Shown here: positions 30,107 to 39,145 of the stretch, in pieces | Layout: every line of letters begins with the position of its first letter | How positions within the stretch are numbered: position 1 is the first letter of the stretch | Program-made: the position numbers and the translations under genes | DNA from: Candidatus Sumerlaeaceae bacterium | Lineage (GTDB): Bacteria; Sumerlaeota; Sumerlaeia; Sumerlaeales; Sumerlaeaceae | Direction of reading: 5' to 3' | Assembly: GCA_049968255.1 (NCBI GenBank) | Contig: JBMFRB010000012.1 | Location: forward strand, 1-45,525 | DNA: 45,525 nt | Notes under the pieces: generated by a model | Databases searched by the model: none | Seen by the model: the letters and a program-made list of their open reading frames with translations, nothing else | Told to the model about the DNA's origin: nothing

Positions 30107-32293
30107 ATGAAGCCCACAGGCTGGCGCGCGTTCCTCATCACTTTGGCTGCATTGATTCTTAGCGCTCATCCGACTCAACGTCTCTCTGCAGACCAAGGCA
30201 AGGGAGCGTCTCCACGATCGGCCAAACCCTTGCGTGCGAAATCGACACAGAAAACCACGGCTGAGACGAAACGGGGGGAAACCACAGGAACGCCGATTGC
30301 CCTTCGCCAGAAGGTTCAAGAGACGACAAAGGGCGTCGAGATCAACGTGGGTCCCGCAGCAGCATCGGCGATCGCTCAGGAACTAGAGAAAGCCGATACC
30401 AAGACCACAAAGCCTGCGGCAGCGCTCGTAGTCACTGTGCCGCTAGGAGGCGAACTTTCCGAGCGCGGGGGTGGACTTCGCCTGCTCGGGCCACGCAAGC
30501 GCTCGCTGAAGGAGACGCTCGAACTCTTTGTGCGATTGCGCGACGATGCCGCGGTGAGCACCGTCGTGCTCGAGCTCTCCGCCTTGGGCGTCGGTACGGC
30601 CACAGTCCAGGAATTACGCCAGGGAGTCGACGAACTGCGGCGCGCCGGTAAGCACACAGTGGCCGTGCTCAACGACGACTCGCAGTCGGGCTACCTGCTG
30701 GCTGTGGCGTGCGATCAAATCGTCATGCCTCCGTCCAATGCCCTCATGCTTGTGGGCGCAAAGGTCGATGGGTATTTTTTTAGACAGTTACTCGACAAAC
30801 TTGGCGCCCGAGCTGTGGTTGTCCACATTGGCCAATATAAATCTTACGGAGAGATGTTTACTGAGGACGATTTCACGTCGCCCGCCCGCGAGAACATGCG
30901 CGCCCTCGTGGACGACGCCTACCGCCAGCTCGTCGAAAGCATTGCCGCCGGACGCCACATGACGACGGCCACGATTGAGGCATTGGTAGATCGCGGTCCC
31001 CTGACTGCCCGCGAAGCGCTCGAGGCGCGGCTCGTGGATCAGTTAGCTTATCGCGAAGAGATTGCGGAAGCCTACCGCCGCCAAGGGGCCAAAGTTGTGG
31101 CCGCCGATAATTACGGTGTGGACAAGCGCATCAAACCCGAGGAAATGAACCTCCTCGCCCTGTTCACCGCCCTGAGCAAGGGAGCAACCGCCTCGCGAGA
31201 AAGCAAGTTCCCCCAGGTGGCCGTCGTCTACGCCGTCGGACCTATCGTGCCTGGCTCCTCTGATAACCTCGACTTGAGCAACGCGGATGAGATTGCAGCC
31301 GATGATTATATGAAAATCCTCGACGACATTGAGAAAGACGCCAGCATTAAAGGTGTTATCCTGCGCGTCAACAGTCCGGGCGGTTCAGCGTTCGCCTCGG
31401 ATGTTCTTTTCCGACGCATCGTCGAGCTCGGTAAAAAGAAACCCGTGATCGCCTCGATGGGGGACGTGGCCGCCTCAGGCGGCTACTACCTCGCCATGGC
31501 TGCGAGCAAGATCATCGCCGACCCCATGACCGTGACCGGTTCGATTGGCGTCGTGGGCGGCAAAATTGACCTTGCCGGCACCTACGACAAGCTGGGTATC
31601 CATAAAACCACCATAGCGCGTGGGCGGTTCGCGAATCTTTTCTCCGAAACAGGTGGCTTTTCGCCGGCCGAACGCGCCGTCATCGAGAAACTCATGCGCC
31701 AAACCTATGACGAATTCGTGGCAAAGGCGGCGCGCCAACGCGCAATGACAACCGCGGCGCTCGAAAGCCTCGCTCAGGGAAAGGTCTACACCGGCGCCCA
31801 AGCGCGGGCCGTCGGCCTAGTGGACGAACTCGGTGGTTTTAGCCGAGCTGTGCTTGAAATGAAACACCAACTTGGCCTCCAACCCGAAGACAAGGTCGCC
31901 CTCGTGGCCTATCCCAAGGAGCTTACCCTTCTTGACGTTCTGCAAAAGGCCATGGGAATGAACGCGCAATTAGCGGAGCTCGGGGCAACGGCCGGAGTGG
32001 CGCACGCGCCCCAGAGCGCACCGCCACCCCTGGAGAGAGGGACGGCGGGCATTGTCCCAGGGAACTTCGCGGCACTTCGGCTTGCTCGACATGGCCTGAC
32101 TGCATTCACTGGTCATGATCAGGGGATCCCGGTGAACCTCGTTCCAATTGCGCTTGAACTGGGGAAAGGCACCGGCGTCCTGGCCTCGCTGCACGGTCTC
32201 GCTCAGCCTATGCGCCTCGCGCTTTCATTCGCGAACATCATCCACGCTGAGAAAATTGCCTGCCTCATGCCCTTTGTGCTCAATGTCGAGTAG
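30107..32293 (+). CDS. sppA: Signal peptide peptidase SppA (protease IV, long two-domain S49 type)
   Basis: N-terminal signal/anchor, GQYKS, LRVNSPGGS, SMGDVAASGGYY, TGSIGV, GLVDELG. Confidence 0.92.
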   Translation: MKPTGWRAFLITLAALILSAHPTQRLSADQGKGASPRSAKPLRAKSTQKTTAETKRGETTGTPIALRQKVQETTKGVEINVGPAAASAIAQELEKADTKTTKPAAALVVTVPLGGELSERGGGLRLLGPRKRSLKETLELFVRLRDDAAVSTVVLELSALGVGTATVQELRQGVDELRRAGKHTVAVLNDDSQSGYLLAVACDQIVMPPSNALMLVGAKVDGYFFRQLLDKLGARAVVVHIGQYKSYGEMFTEDDFTSPARENMRALVDDAYRQLVESIAAGRHMTTATIEALVDRGPLTAREALEARLVDQLAYREEIAEAYRRQGAKVVAADNYGVDKRIKPEEMNLLALFTALSKGATASRESKFPQVAVVYAVGPIVPGSSDNLDLSNADEIAADDYMKILDDIEKDASIKGVILRVNSPGGSAFASDVLFRRIVELGKKKPVIASMGDVAASGGYYLAMAASKIIADPMTVTGSIGVVGGKIDLAGTYDKLGIHKTTIARGRFANLFSETGGFSPAERAVIEKLMRQTYDEFVAKAARQRAMTTAALESLAQGKVYTGAQARAVGLVDELGGFSRAVLEMKHQLGLQPEDKVALVAYPKELTLLDVLQKAMGMNAQLAELGATAGVAHAPQSAPPPLERGTAGIVPGNFAALRLARHGLTAFTGHDQGIPVNLVPIALELGKGTGVLASLHGLAQPMRLALSFANIIHAEKIACLMPFVLNVE

Positions 32294-33209
32294 CGGGTCA
32301 TGGTTCGCAGGCTTTTTCCCGTGTGCTAGCCCCTGGTACCCCCTAGGCGATGTTCTGGGCCGGGATCCGGAGACTGTGGAAATTCAGGGAGCAGTAAACA
32401 TTAGCGGGAGTTGCAATAAATCCGTCTCGGACTTGAGCAGGCAGGCAAGTCTCGAGAAGCTTGGGCTAGGCCCCACGCGCGATTTCCCCGCCTGACTTAT
32501 CGATCTCATGACCGGGTTATTCCACCGGCCGCTGTCTATGCCCGTTCTGTGCCAGAGACGTGGCGGGGTTGAGCCTCATGCTCATCTTTCTGCGGCCTTG
32601 CTTAGCGCCCGCACCGCAACAGCGGCGCGAGCTAGCACCAGCAGCTTTTCTGCGCCGGCTCCATCTCAGCTCAAACAGGCGCACGCGTCAGTCGCGGACT
32701 GACTCCCGCCCTGAGCTGCTCGAGGCAAAATTCCTTATTCCCGGGGTTTGAGGATGTGGTTCGCCAGGTGTCGCCTGACCTGCCTTATTGGCCCAAGCAG
32801 CCGATGACGTCATCGACGAGCTAGTGCGGACGGCGGCGTTGCCCCCCACCAATTTTATGTTCTCGGAAATAGCTCTAAGGGGTTCTGTGGGAATTGCCTT
32901 TTGCAAGGTGTTTCGCCTAGTCTGTTGCTGTCGCTATGGAGACAGACCAAAGTCGGATATTTCCATGCTCTCCTGGGGACACCGGGAAGTCCCTTCGCAG
33001 CGGTCCGAATATCACGCCCATGCGAACTGCGGGCGATGGTGTCCTATGGGAATCCTGAGAGCTTGGGCGCACTGCAAATACCCGATGCAGGTCTTTCGGG
33101 CAGGAGCGGCTCCTGGGGGTGTCTCGGCTGACGCTTTGCATGAGGACTGATCGTGCGAGCAAGGTTCATTGCCGACACACTGCCAAAACGAAAGCGAGGT
33201 GAACAGATC

Positions 33210-34715
33210 ATGTCGGATCGCATTTATCCGATTGAACACGAATTTCAGCGTGCGACAAGCGCCGCTTGGCTGTCTTCGGCCGACCTAGCCTACCAGGCAA
33301 TCGTGGCCAACGAGAGCTTTGCCCGGGGCAGCGAGGGCATCTATGGGGTTTTCGCGGAGCTCGAACGCCGAGATGCTCACTTGTTTGCGACTCTTCAGAC
33401 ACGCAAGAATGCCCTCCTCGGGCAGCCGTGGCAACTCGTGTGGCCAGAGGATAGCCGCGGTGCCAATGCCCCCCAGCGCAGCCTGATCGTCCGGCGCGTG
33501 GAGTCCGTGCTCAATGCCGTCCCGGATTTCACGGGAGCCCTCTACCACCTTCTGGACGCCTTGAGTAAGGGTTATGCCGTGCTCGAGGTTGTGTGGAAAG
33601 TGGATCCGCATACGGGTCACGTCGCGATTGCGAAACTTGCTCCGCGCCAGGCATGGGAATTTGCTTTTGACACGCGCGGCGGCCTCTTTCAGCTCCACCA
33701 GGGCTGGACAGCCGGTCCCGAGCGTCCCACGCAGGGTCAAGCACCTTCGCCAGAACTCATCCCGCGGCCAGGCGAAATGTCGCTGCGCGCTAGACGTTGC
33801 AAGCGCATGCCGGAAAGAAAATTTATCGTCCTCGTTTCTCAACCAGAACCGGCTGCGGCCTACGGTACGCCGTTAGCGGCGCGGGTGTACTGGTATTCGT
33901 GGTTCAAAAGGCAGGCGCTCGACGATTGGACACTTTACAATTCACGCTACGGGGCGCCGACGCCATTGGCGCGCTACGCAGCCACGGCAGCACCCGAGGA
34001 AATCGAGCGGCTGGCGGAAGCGTTGGAGCGGCTACGTGAACACGCCGGCATCATTGTGCCAGAAAGCGTGAGCGTCGAGTTACTCGAATCGCGCCGCACG
34101 GCGACGGGGGCCAGCCCCTTCCGCGAGCTCGCGGACTGGTGCAATGATGAGATTTCAAAGGTTGTCCTCGGTCAAACGCTCACGACGAGTGAGGGGCGAC
34201 GCAGTGGAAGCCTTGCGCTGGGCCGTGTGCACGAAGCCGTGCGCCACGATTACCTGGCAGCCGACGCTCGAGCGCTGGCCGAGGTGCTTTCACGCCAGCT
34301 CGTGCGCTGGATTGTGGACTTCAACTTTGGAACCGAGTCGCCCGCACCTCTCTTTGCCTTCGACGTAGAGGAACCGTTCGATAGCCAGGCGGAGTTAGAA
34401 GTGGACCGTGGGCTTGTGCAGCTGGGTGTGCCGCTGGGTCTTGACTACTTCTATCGTAAATACCGGCGGCCAATCCCGTCAGCATCGACCCGCAAGCTAA
34501 AATACGACGATGCGAACTTTTATCAGTACCATCTCCAGTATGGCGTGTTGACGATCAACGAGGTCCGCGAGGCGCTTGGTTTACCGCGCGTGCCATGGGG
34601 TGACCGTCCACCTGTGAAACAATCTCCAAATGAGTCGGCCGAGGCTGACGCCACCGCGCAAAAAGAGCCGAACTTGGATCCTCTTGAGGGCCATCGCGAC
34701 ACACTGCCCCGATGA
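33210..34715 (+). CDS. Mu gp29-like portal protein (DUF935)
   Basis: ERRDAHLFATLQTRK, LLDALSKGYAVLEVVW, YG.P, WCNDEISKVVLGQTLTT, SLALGRVHEAVR. GAGGT RBS before ATG 33210. Confidence 0.88.
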   Translation: MSDRIYPIEHEFQRATSAAWLSSADLAYQAIVANESFARGSEGIYGVFAELERRDAHLFATLQTRKNALLGQPWQLVWPEDSRGANAPQRSLIVRRVESVLNAVPDFTGALYHLLDALSKGYAVLEVVWKVDPHTGHVAIAKLAPRQAWEFAFDTRGGLFQLHQGWTAGPERPTQGQAPSPELIPRPGEMSLRARRCKRMPERKFIVLVSQPEPAAAYGTPLAARVYWYSWFKRQALDDWTLYNSRYGAPTPLARYAATAAPEEIERLAEALERLREHAGIIVPESVSVELLESRRTATGASPFRELADWCNDEISKVVLGQTLTTSEGRRSGSLALGRVHEAVRHDYLAADARALAEVLSRQLVRWIVDFNFGTESPAPLFAFDVEEPFDSQAELEVDRGLVQLGVPLGLDYFYRKYRRPIPSASTRKLKYDDANFYQYHLQYGVLTINEVREALGLPRVPWGDRPPVKQSPNESAEADATAQKEPNLDPLEGHRDTLPR

Positions 34716-34923
34716 GCCCTGACCGGCTCACGAGGAAGGAGTGGCAAAGCTGAGACTCTCGGCAACCAGTGGCCAACTGGCCTGCGCCCCGAGCTTCTCT
34801 CGGATAGGGCTGCGCGGAAGCCACGTGGAGTGGAAAGCGCGCACAGGGAGCGTGTCCATTCCCGGGGGCTTCAACACACAAGTTTTGGTTTTCTGTGAAA
34901 GGAGGTGTCCTTGCGACAAGATA

Positions 34924-34941
34924 ATAGAACAAATGTTCTAT
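34924..34941. promoter_or_regulatory. Perfect inverted repeat ATAGAAC-AAAT-GTTCTAT, matching the GAAC-N4-GTTC LexA (DinR/Cheo) box
   Basis: 7-bp arms with a 4-nt spacer, ending 88 bp before the protease ATG. Overlaps a -10-like GATAAT (34920-34925). Confidence 0.7.
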
Positions 34942-35028
34942 CACGTGGACTCATGGCTGCACTCATGTCAGTGAACTAGGGACCACTAGCCGCACACAAA
35001 GGCAAACTTTGGAAAGGAGAGAATCCCA

Positions 35029-36027
35029 ATGACAGACAAAAGGCCGTCGTTGGCCACACAGTCCAAGGAGAAAGACCTTGCCCCAGTCGCCTTCTCCCAG
35101 GAGGGCTCCGCAAATGTCGCCGAGTCTGACGTCTCGCCCGGATCGCTGGAAATGGAAGTCTTTCGCACGGGCGACTATGGGCCTAAGGGCGTGTGGACTG
35201 AAGAGGATCTGAAACAACTCGCGCGCGACTATTCGCCCGATGTTCTGGAAGCGCCGCTGACCTTCGATCACGCCCGCAGGGGCCCAGCATTCGGGTGGGT
35301 GGAGACCTTACGGCACGAGGGCGATCGCCTTGTCGCTCGCATCGCCGGCATCCCCGAGATCGTGCATAAACTCGTTCGCATGGGCGCCTACAAGAAGCGC
35401 AGCGTAGAAATTCTTCGTTGCTTGCCTGCAACCGGGCGTCCTTATATCCGCGCCGTTTCGCTTCTCGGGGCAGCAAGTCCTGCCGTGCCAGGTCTGCGCG
35501 AAATCGTTTTCACTGACCATCAGGGCGAAGTCATCGCCTTCGACGACGATGAGGAAATCACCGCGCTTCGCGTTATGGTGGGGAAATTGCGTGCGGAGAT
35601 CGGGAGGTTGCGCCACGAGCAGCGTCGCGGCGATGCGCGCGAATTGGTGACCCGTGTGCGTGCACGCGGCATTGCGCTGACCCAACGCGAGGCCGAGCTC
35701 ATCGAGTCATTTTGCCTGGCGGTGGAGCCATCGAAGGCGCTTGTGCGTTTCAGCGATGACGAATTCTTACCCCTCGCGTGGCTGAATGAATTCCTGCTCG
35801 CGCGGGCTCCCTCTGTTCCGGAAGGCGAAGTGGCTTCGCCGGCGCCGACGGAGATTAGCGCTCCGAAAACTGCCGGGCCGCCGCCTCCGCAGGCGGACCC
35901 CGTGAGTGTGGCCCTTCACCAGCGTGCCCTTGCTTTGCAGGAGAGCGACGCACGCCTCACTTATGCCGCGGCGCTGAGCGCCGCCGCCCGCGCCATGGGT
36001 ACGGCGCATCGTAGATTTTCCCATTAA
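35029..36027 (+). CDS. Mu I-like prohead protease/scaffold protein
   Basis: EVFRTG, APLTFDH...PAFGWV, YKKRSVE, VSLLGAASPAVPGL, then a coiled-coil and a helical C-terminal tail. AAGGAG RBS. Confidence 0.82.
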   Translation: MTDKRPSLATQSKEKDLAPVAFSQEGSANVAESDVSPGSLEMEVFRTGDYGPKGVWTEEDLKQLARDYSPDVLEAPLTFDHARRGPAFGWVETLRHEGDRLVARIAGIPEIVHKLVRMGAYKKRSVEILRCLPATGRPYIRAVSLLGAASPAVPGLREIVFTDHQGEVIAFDDDEEITALRVMVGKLRAEIGRLRHEQRRGDARELVTRVRARGIALTQREAELIESFCLAVEPSKALVRFSDDEFLPLAWLNEFLLARAPSVPEGEVASPAPTEISAPKTAGPPPPQADPVSVALHQRALALQESDARLTYAAALSAAARAMGTAHRRFSH

Positions 36028-36052
36028 CCTTCGGCGAAAGGAGACACGCATT

Positions 36053-36442
36053 ATGCCAATTCACGTCCTCGACAAAGCTTACCGCGTGGCCACGACCAAC
36101 GGCGTGGCAGCCAACCGCGTGGTGGTGGCCGGACCACTCAGCGGAGAATGCAGTCTCCCGGCGAGTGAGAACGCCCCGAACCTGTTAGGGGTCACGGTCC
36201 ACGCTCAGCCCGAGGCTGGCCGAATGGTCACCGTGCGCAAGGTGGGCATCGCGGAGGTCGCGGCCGCCGGGGCCATCCCACTCGGCGCGCCGGTCATCGC
36301 AGCTGACGCAACCGGAAAGGTCAAAGCGGCCACCGGCGCGGCCGGCACCAAGGTCAACGTCCTGGGCTTCGCCGAAACGGCCGCCATTCAGAATGGTGAT
36401 CTGATCGAGGTCTTTCTCTCGATTCACCAACGCACGCTCTGA
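36053..36442 (+). CDS. Capsid decoration/cement protein (DUF2190-like)
   Basis: 129 aa, Ala/Gly/Val-rich; GIAEVAAAGAIPLGAPVIAADATGK and GFAETAAIQNGDLIEVFL. Lies between protease and capsid genes. AAGGAG RBS. Confidence 0.8.
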   Translation: MPIHVLDKAYRVATTNGVAANRVVVAGPLSGECSLPASENAPNLLGVTVHAQPEAGRMVTVRKVGIAEVAAAGAIPLGAPVIAADATGKVKAATGAAGTKVNVLGFAETAAIQNGDLIEVFLSIHQRTL

Positions 36443-36492
36443 CGTGACGAAGCGCTAAACATACCCCCCAAGAATCAGGAAAGGAGACCGCA

Positions 36493-37440
36493 ATGCCTGA
36501 TGTGAGCCAAGTGCACATTGACACTGCGCTGACGGGTGTCAGCGTGGCTTACCGCAACAATGATTACATCGCCGATGAGGTGGCGCCACCCATTGGCGTG
36601 CGCAAACAGAGCGACCGCTATTTCGTCTACGATCCGGAACGCGAGTTCCTGCGGGCCACGCCCGACGCTCGTGCCCCCGGTGCTGAAGCCAACGAAGTGG
36701 ATTTCCAGCTCAGCAGCGACAGCTACTTCTGCGAAGATCACGCGCTGGAGGCCGCGATTCCCGACGAAGAGCGCGAAAATGCCGACCCGCCGCTTCAGCC
36801 CGACATTGACCGCACGGAGATGCTGGCCGACAAAATTGCGCTCAACCGCGAAATCGGCCTAGAAAACCTCCTGCGCACGAGCGCGTCCATCCAGGGCACA
36901 AGCCTTGATCCCCTGGACTGGTGGTCGAATCCCGACAGCGACCCACTTGCCCAGATTCGCGAGGCTCGTCACGTTGTCCTAAGCAATGTCCAGCGACGCC
37001 CCAATGTGGCCATCTTGCCCTACGCCATTTTCGATGCTCTGCGCAACCACCCCAAGGTGGTGGAGCGCATCAAATACACCACGGCCGGAGTCATTGGTGA
37101 GCAGCTCCTGGCGCAACTGCTCGATCTCGACCGAGTTTTGGTGCCCCGTGCATTCAAGAATGTGGCGCGGCGGGGACAGGCGCCGTCCTGTGTTCCGGTG
37201 TGGGGCAACACGGCATGGCTGGCCTACGTGCCTCCGCGGCCGGCTCTCAAGCAGATCATTGGCGTGGCGACCTTTGTGTGGAGCGGCCCCGTCGGTTCGG
37301 AGAACGGATGGCTCGTCGAGCGCTGGCGTGAGCCCCGGCGAAAGGCTGACATGATCCGCGTGCAGCGCTACTACGACCACAAGCTCATCGCCCCCGCGGC
37401 CATCTACAGGATTGACAACGTGATCGAGGTCGCTGGCTAA
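36493..37440 (+). CDS. Major capsid protein (HK97 fold, Mu-like/phage_cap_E-like head)
   Basis: 315 aa; HIDTALTGVSVAYRNNDYIADEVAP, WSNPDSDPL, RPN...ALRNHPKV. Canonical position after protease and decoration genes. AAGGAG RBS. Confidence 0.85.
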   Translation: MPDVSQVHIDTALTGVSVAYRNNDYIADEVAPPIGVRKQSDRYFVYDPEREFLRATPDARAPGAEANEVDFQLSSDSYFCEDHALEAAIPDEERENADPPLQPDIDRTEMLADKIALNREIGLENLLRTSASIQGTSLDPLDWWSNPDSDPLAQIREARHVVLSNVQRRPNVAILPYAIFDALRNHPKVVERIKYTTAGVIGEQLLAQLLDLDRVLVPRAFKNVARRGQAPSCVPVWGNTAWLAYVPPRPALKQIIGVATFVWSGPVGSENGWLVERWREPRRKADMIRVQRYYDHKLIAPAAIYRIDNVIEVAG

Positions 37441-37456
37441 CCTCAACCCTCTCTGT

Positions 37457-37500
37457 CGTAGCGGGCAGGTCGTGGCCCTCACTGCCCGCTGCGCTCTTTC
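37457..37500 (+). terminator. Putative intrinsic terminator after the capsid gene
   Basis: Stem CGTAGCGGGCAG (37457-37468) pairs with CTGCCCGCTGCG (37482-37493, one G-U pair), followed by CTCTTTC (weak U-tract). Confidence 0.5.
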
Positions 37501-37532
37501 ACAAACCAAACTGACGAAAGGACATAAAGCTC

Positions 37533-37985
37533 ATGAAAGGTCCAACGAGCGACACGAAAAGATATCTCAACGCTGCGGCCCGATCGCGTGCCAAATCGTC
37601 TGGGGTGGGACTTGTCGCCGCAGCGGCTGAACTGGCTTCGCAAATTGACGAACTGGCCGATGAGTTCCATCCCCAGACGGCGGCTCCGGCCCTTGCACGC
37701 GCAGTCTTTCTCTTCTTGCAGGCGCTCTTGCCAGAAGCCCCTCGTGAGTGCAGGCAAGCCGTGGCCGAACTCATCGTGCTCGAAATCGTGCGCGCTGCAC
37801 TAAGCCAGAGCGGCCAGCCAGGCGAGGCGAAACCGCCCAGAGAAAAGGGTGCCGAGCTCAAAGACGGCGAGTTCAACGGGGCCGACGCCAGACCTACGGT
37901 CCTACCATTCCCATCTGAAAACAAAGCTGAGGGAGTGCAGGAAGCCGGATTGGCCAGAATTCTCGACGCCGTGGTTCGCAAGTGA
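37533..37985 (+). CDS. Hypothetical protein, predicted helical
   Basis: 150-aa ORF with AAAGGA upstream; no recognisable motif. Confidence 0.5.
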   Translation: MKGPTSDTKRYLNAAARSRAKSSGVGLVAAAAELASQIDELADEFHPQTAAPALARAVFLFLQALLPEAPRECRQAVAELIVLEIVRAALSQSGQPGEAKPPREKGAELKDGEFNGADARPTVLPFPSENKAEGVQEAGLARILDAVVRK

Positions 37986-38171
37986 AAGGTTTCGCCCCCT
38001 CTCATTGGACTCTCTGCCGCCGGCGCGAGTCCCGTTTGGCCCTGTTTAGACTAGGGTTTTCTTACAGTTTCGCCCGTGGCGAGGCATTCCCAAGGCGACA
38101 GGAATGTGAATTTTCTTCTCCACGAAAAACAGAACCACTGAGAGACCATTTCTCCGTGAAGGTGTTGGATC

Positions 38172-38972
38172 ATGAAATGTGAAAAACCCCATCCCCGTCA
38201 TTCCTTCTGGGACGCTAGTTCTGCATCCCAGATCAAGTGCATAACAAAGGATGTTTTTCTTGCAGCGCTTACGTTTACCCTCTTTGCCTGCGGCGAGACA
38301 AGGAAGGAAAAGGTTTGGACCCGTTTGCCGGATGAAGCTCCGAGCGGCGAGATGCAGTTGTCGGCACCCATGCCTGCTTCTGCGGTGGCTGGCCAAATGC
38401 CCCCAGCGTCCGGAGGCTTTGCGCCGCGCATGAGCGGCGGGACCGGTATGCCGCCCACGGCCGACCGCTCACGCGTGATTGCCACAACCGGCTCGCTCGT
38501 CGCCAGTGGTGTCGGTTTCATGATTCCCGATGGCTGGGTTCCCGAAACGCCAAAGACCCCAATGCGGCTGGCTCAATACCGCCTTCCAGGGTCGGCGGGC
38601 GACGCCGAGCTATCGGTTTTTGCTTTCGGTCCGGGGCAGGGGGGCACACCAAAGGCAAATATCGAACGCTGGGTGGCGCAATTCCGTGCGGATGAGGCGA
38701 CTACCGGAAGTCAGCCGGCCGAAGTCGCTGAGCTGGAAACGGGCGGCTTGCGCCTCTATCTTGTGAAAACGTGGGGAACCTACACTCCCACCGCCATGGG
38801 AATGGGGGGAGACAGCACAGAACCCTTGCCAAATTATGCGCTGTTTGGCGTCGTGGTAGAAGGGGGACCCGAAGGCTTGCTTTTTGTCAAGGTTACAGGG
38901 CCCAAGCCAACCCTTGATGCGCAGGCCAAGCAGTTGGAATCGTTCGTCCGGAGCGTGAAATTGATCAAATAA
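38172..38972 (+). CDS. Putative lipoprotein of unknown function
   Basis: Hydrophobic stretch ending in lipobox LFAC, Pro/Met/Gly-rich linker, then W...PMRLAQY...GG...ANIERWVAQF...FVKVTGP. Confidence 0.75.
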   Translation: MKCEKPHPRHSFWDASSASQIKCITKDVFLAALTFTLFACGETRKEKVWTRLPDEAPSGEMQLSAPMPASAVAGQMPPASGGFAPRMSGGTGMPPTADRSRVIATTGSLVASGVGFMIPDGWVPETPKTPMRLAQYRLPGSAGDAELSVFAFGPGQGGTPKANIERWVAQFRADEATTGSQPAEVAELETGGLRLYLVKTWGTYTPTAMGMGGDSTEPLPNYALFGVVVEGGPEGLLFVKVTGPKPTLDAQAKQLESFVRSVKLIK

Positions 38973-39145
38973 GCTTGGCAGCCGATCACCTTAGACCGTG
39001 GAGCTGCCCAAATGGTCTTTCTGCCCGTGTCGTTCGCGCTGCCGTTGTGGCGTGCCGGCGGGGCGCTCGGCGCGTTGCCTTGCGGAAGGCAGGCTTCACG
39101 CAGACTTGGAACCCAACGCGGATTGGAGAGAAGGAGGTCAGGAGG

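Noticed and set aside
30107-32293. S49 peptidase next to the portal as a lambda gpC-like prohead protease
   Set aside because: It is a long two-domain SppA with an N-terminal signal/anchor, and the module already has its own Mu-type protease.
32788-33150. 120-aa ORF with DDVIDE as a terminase C-terminal remnant
   Set aside because: Only a vague acidic motif; the rest is Cys/Trp-rich and not protein-like, and there is no RBS.
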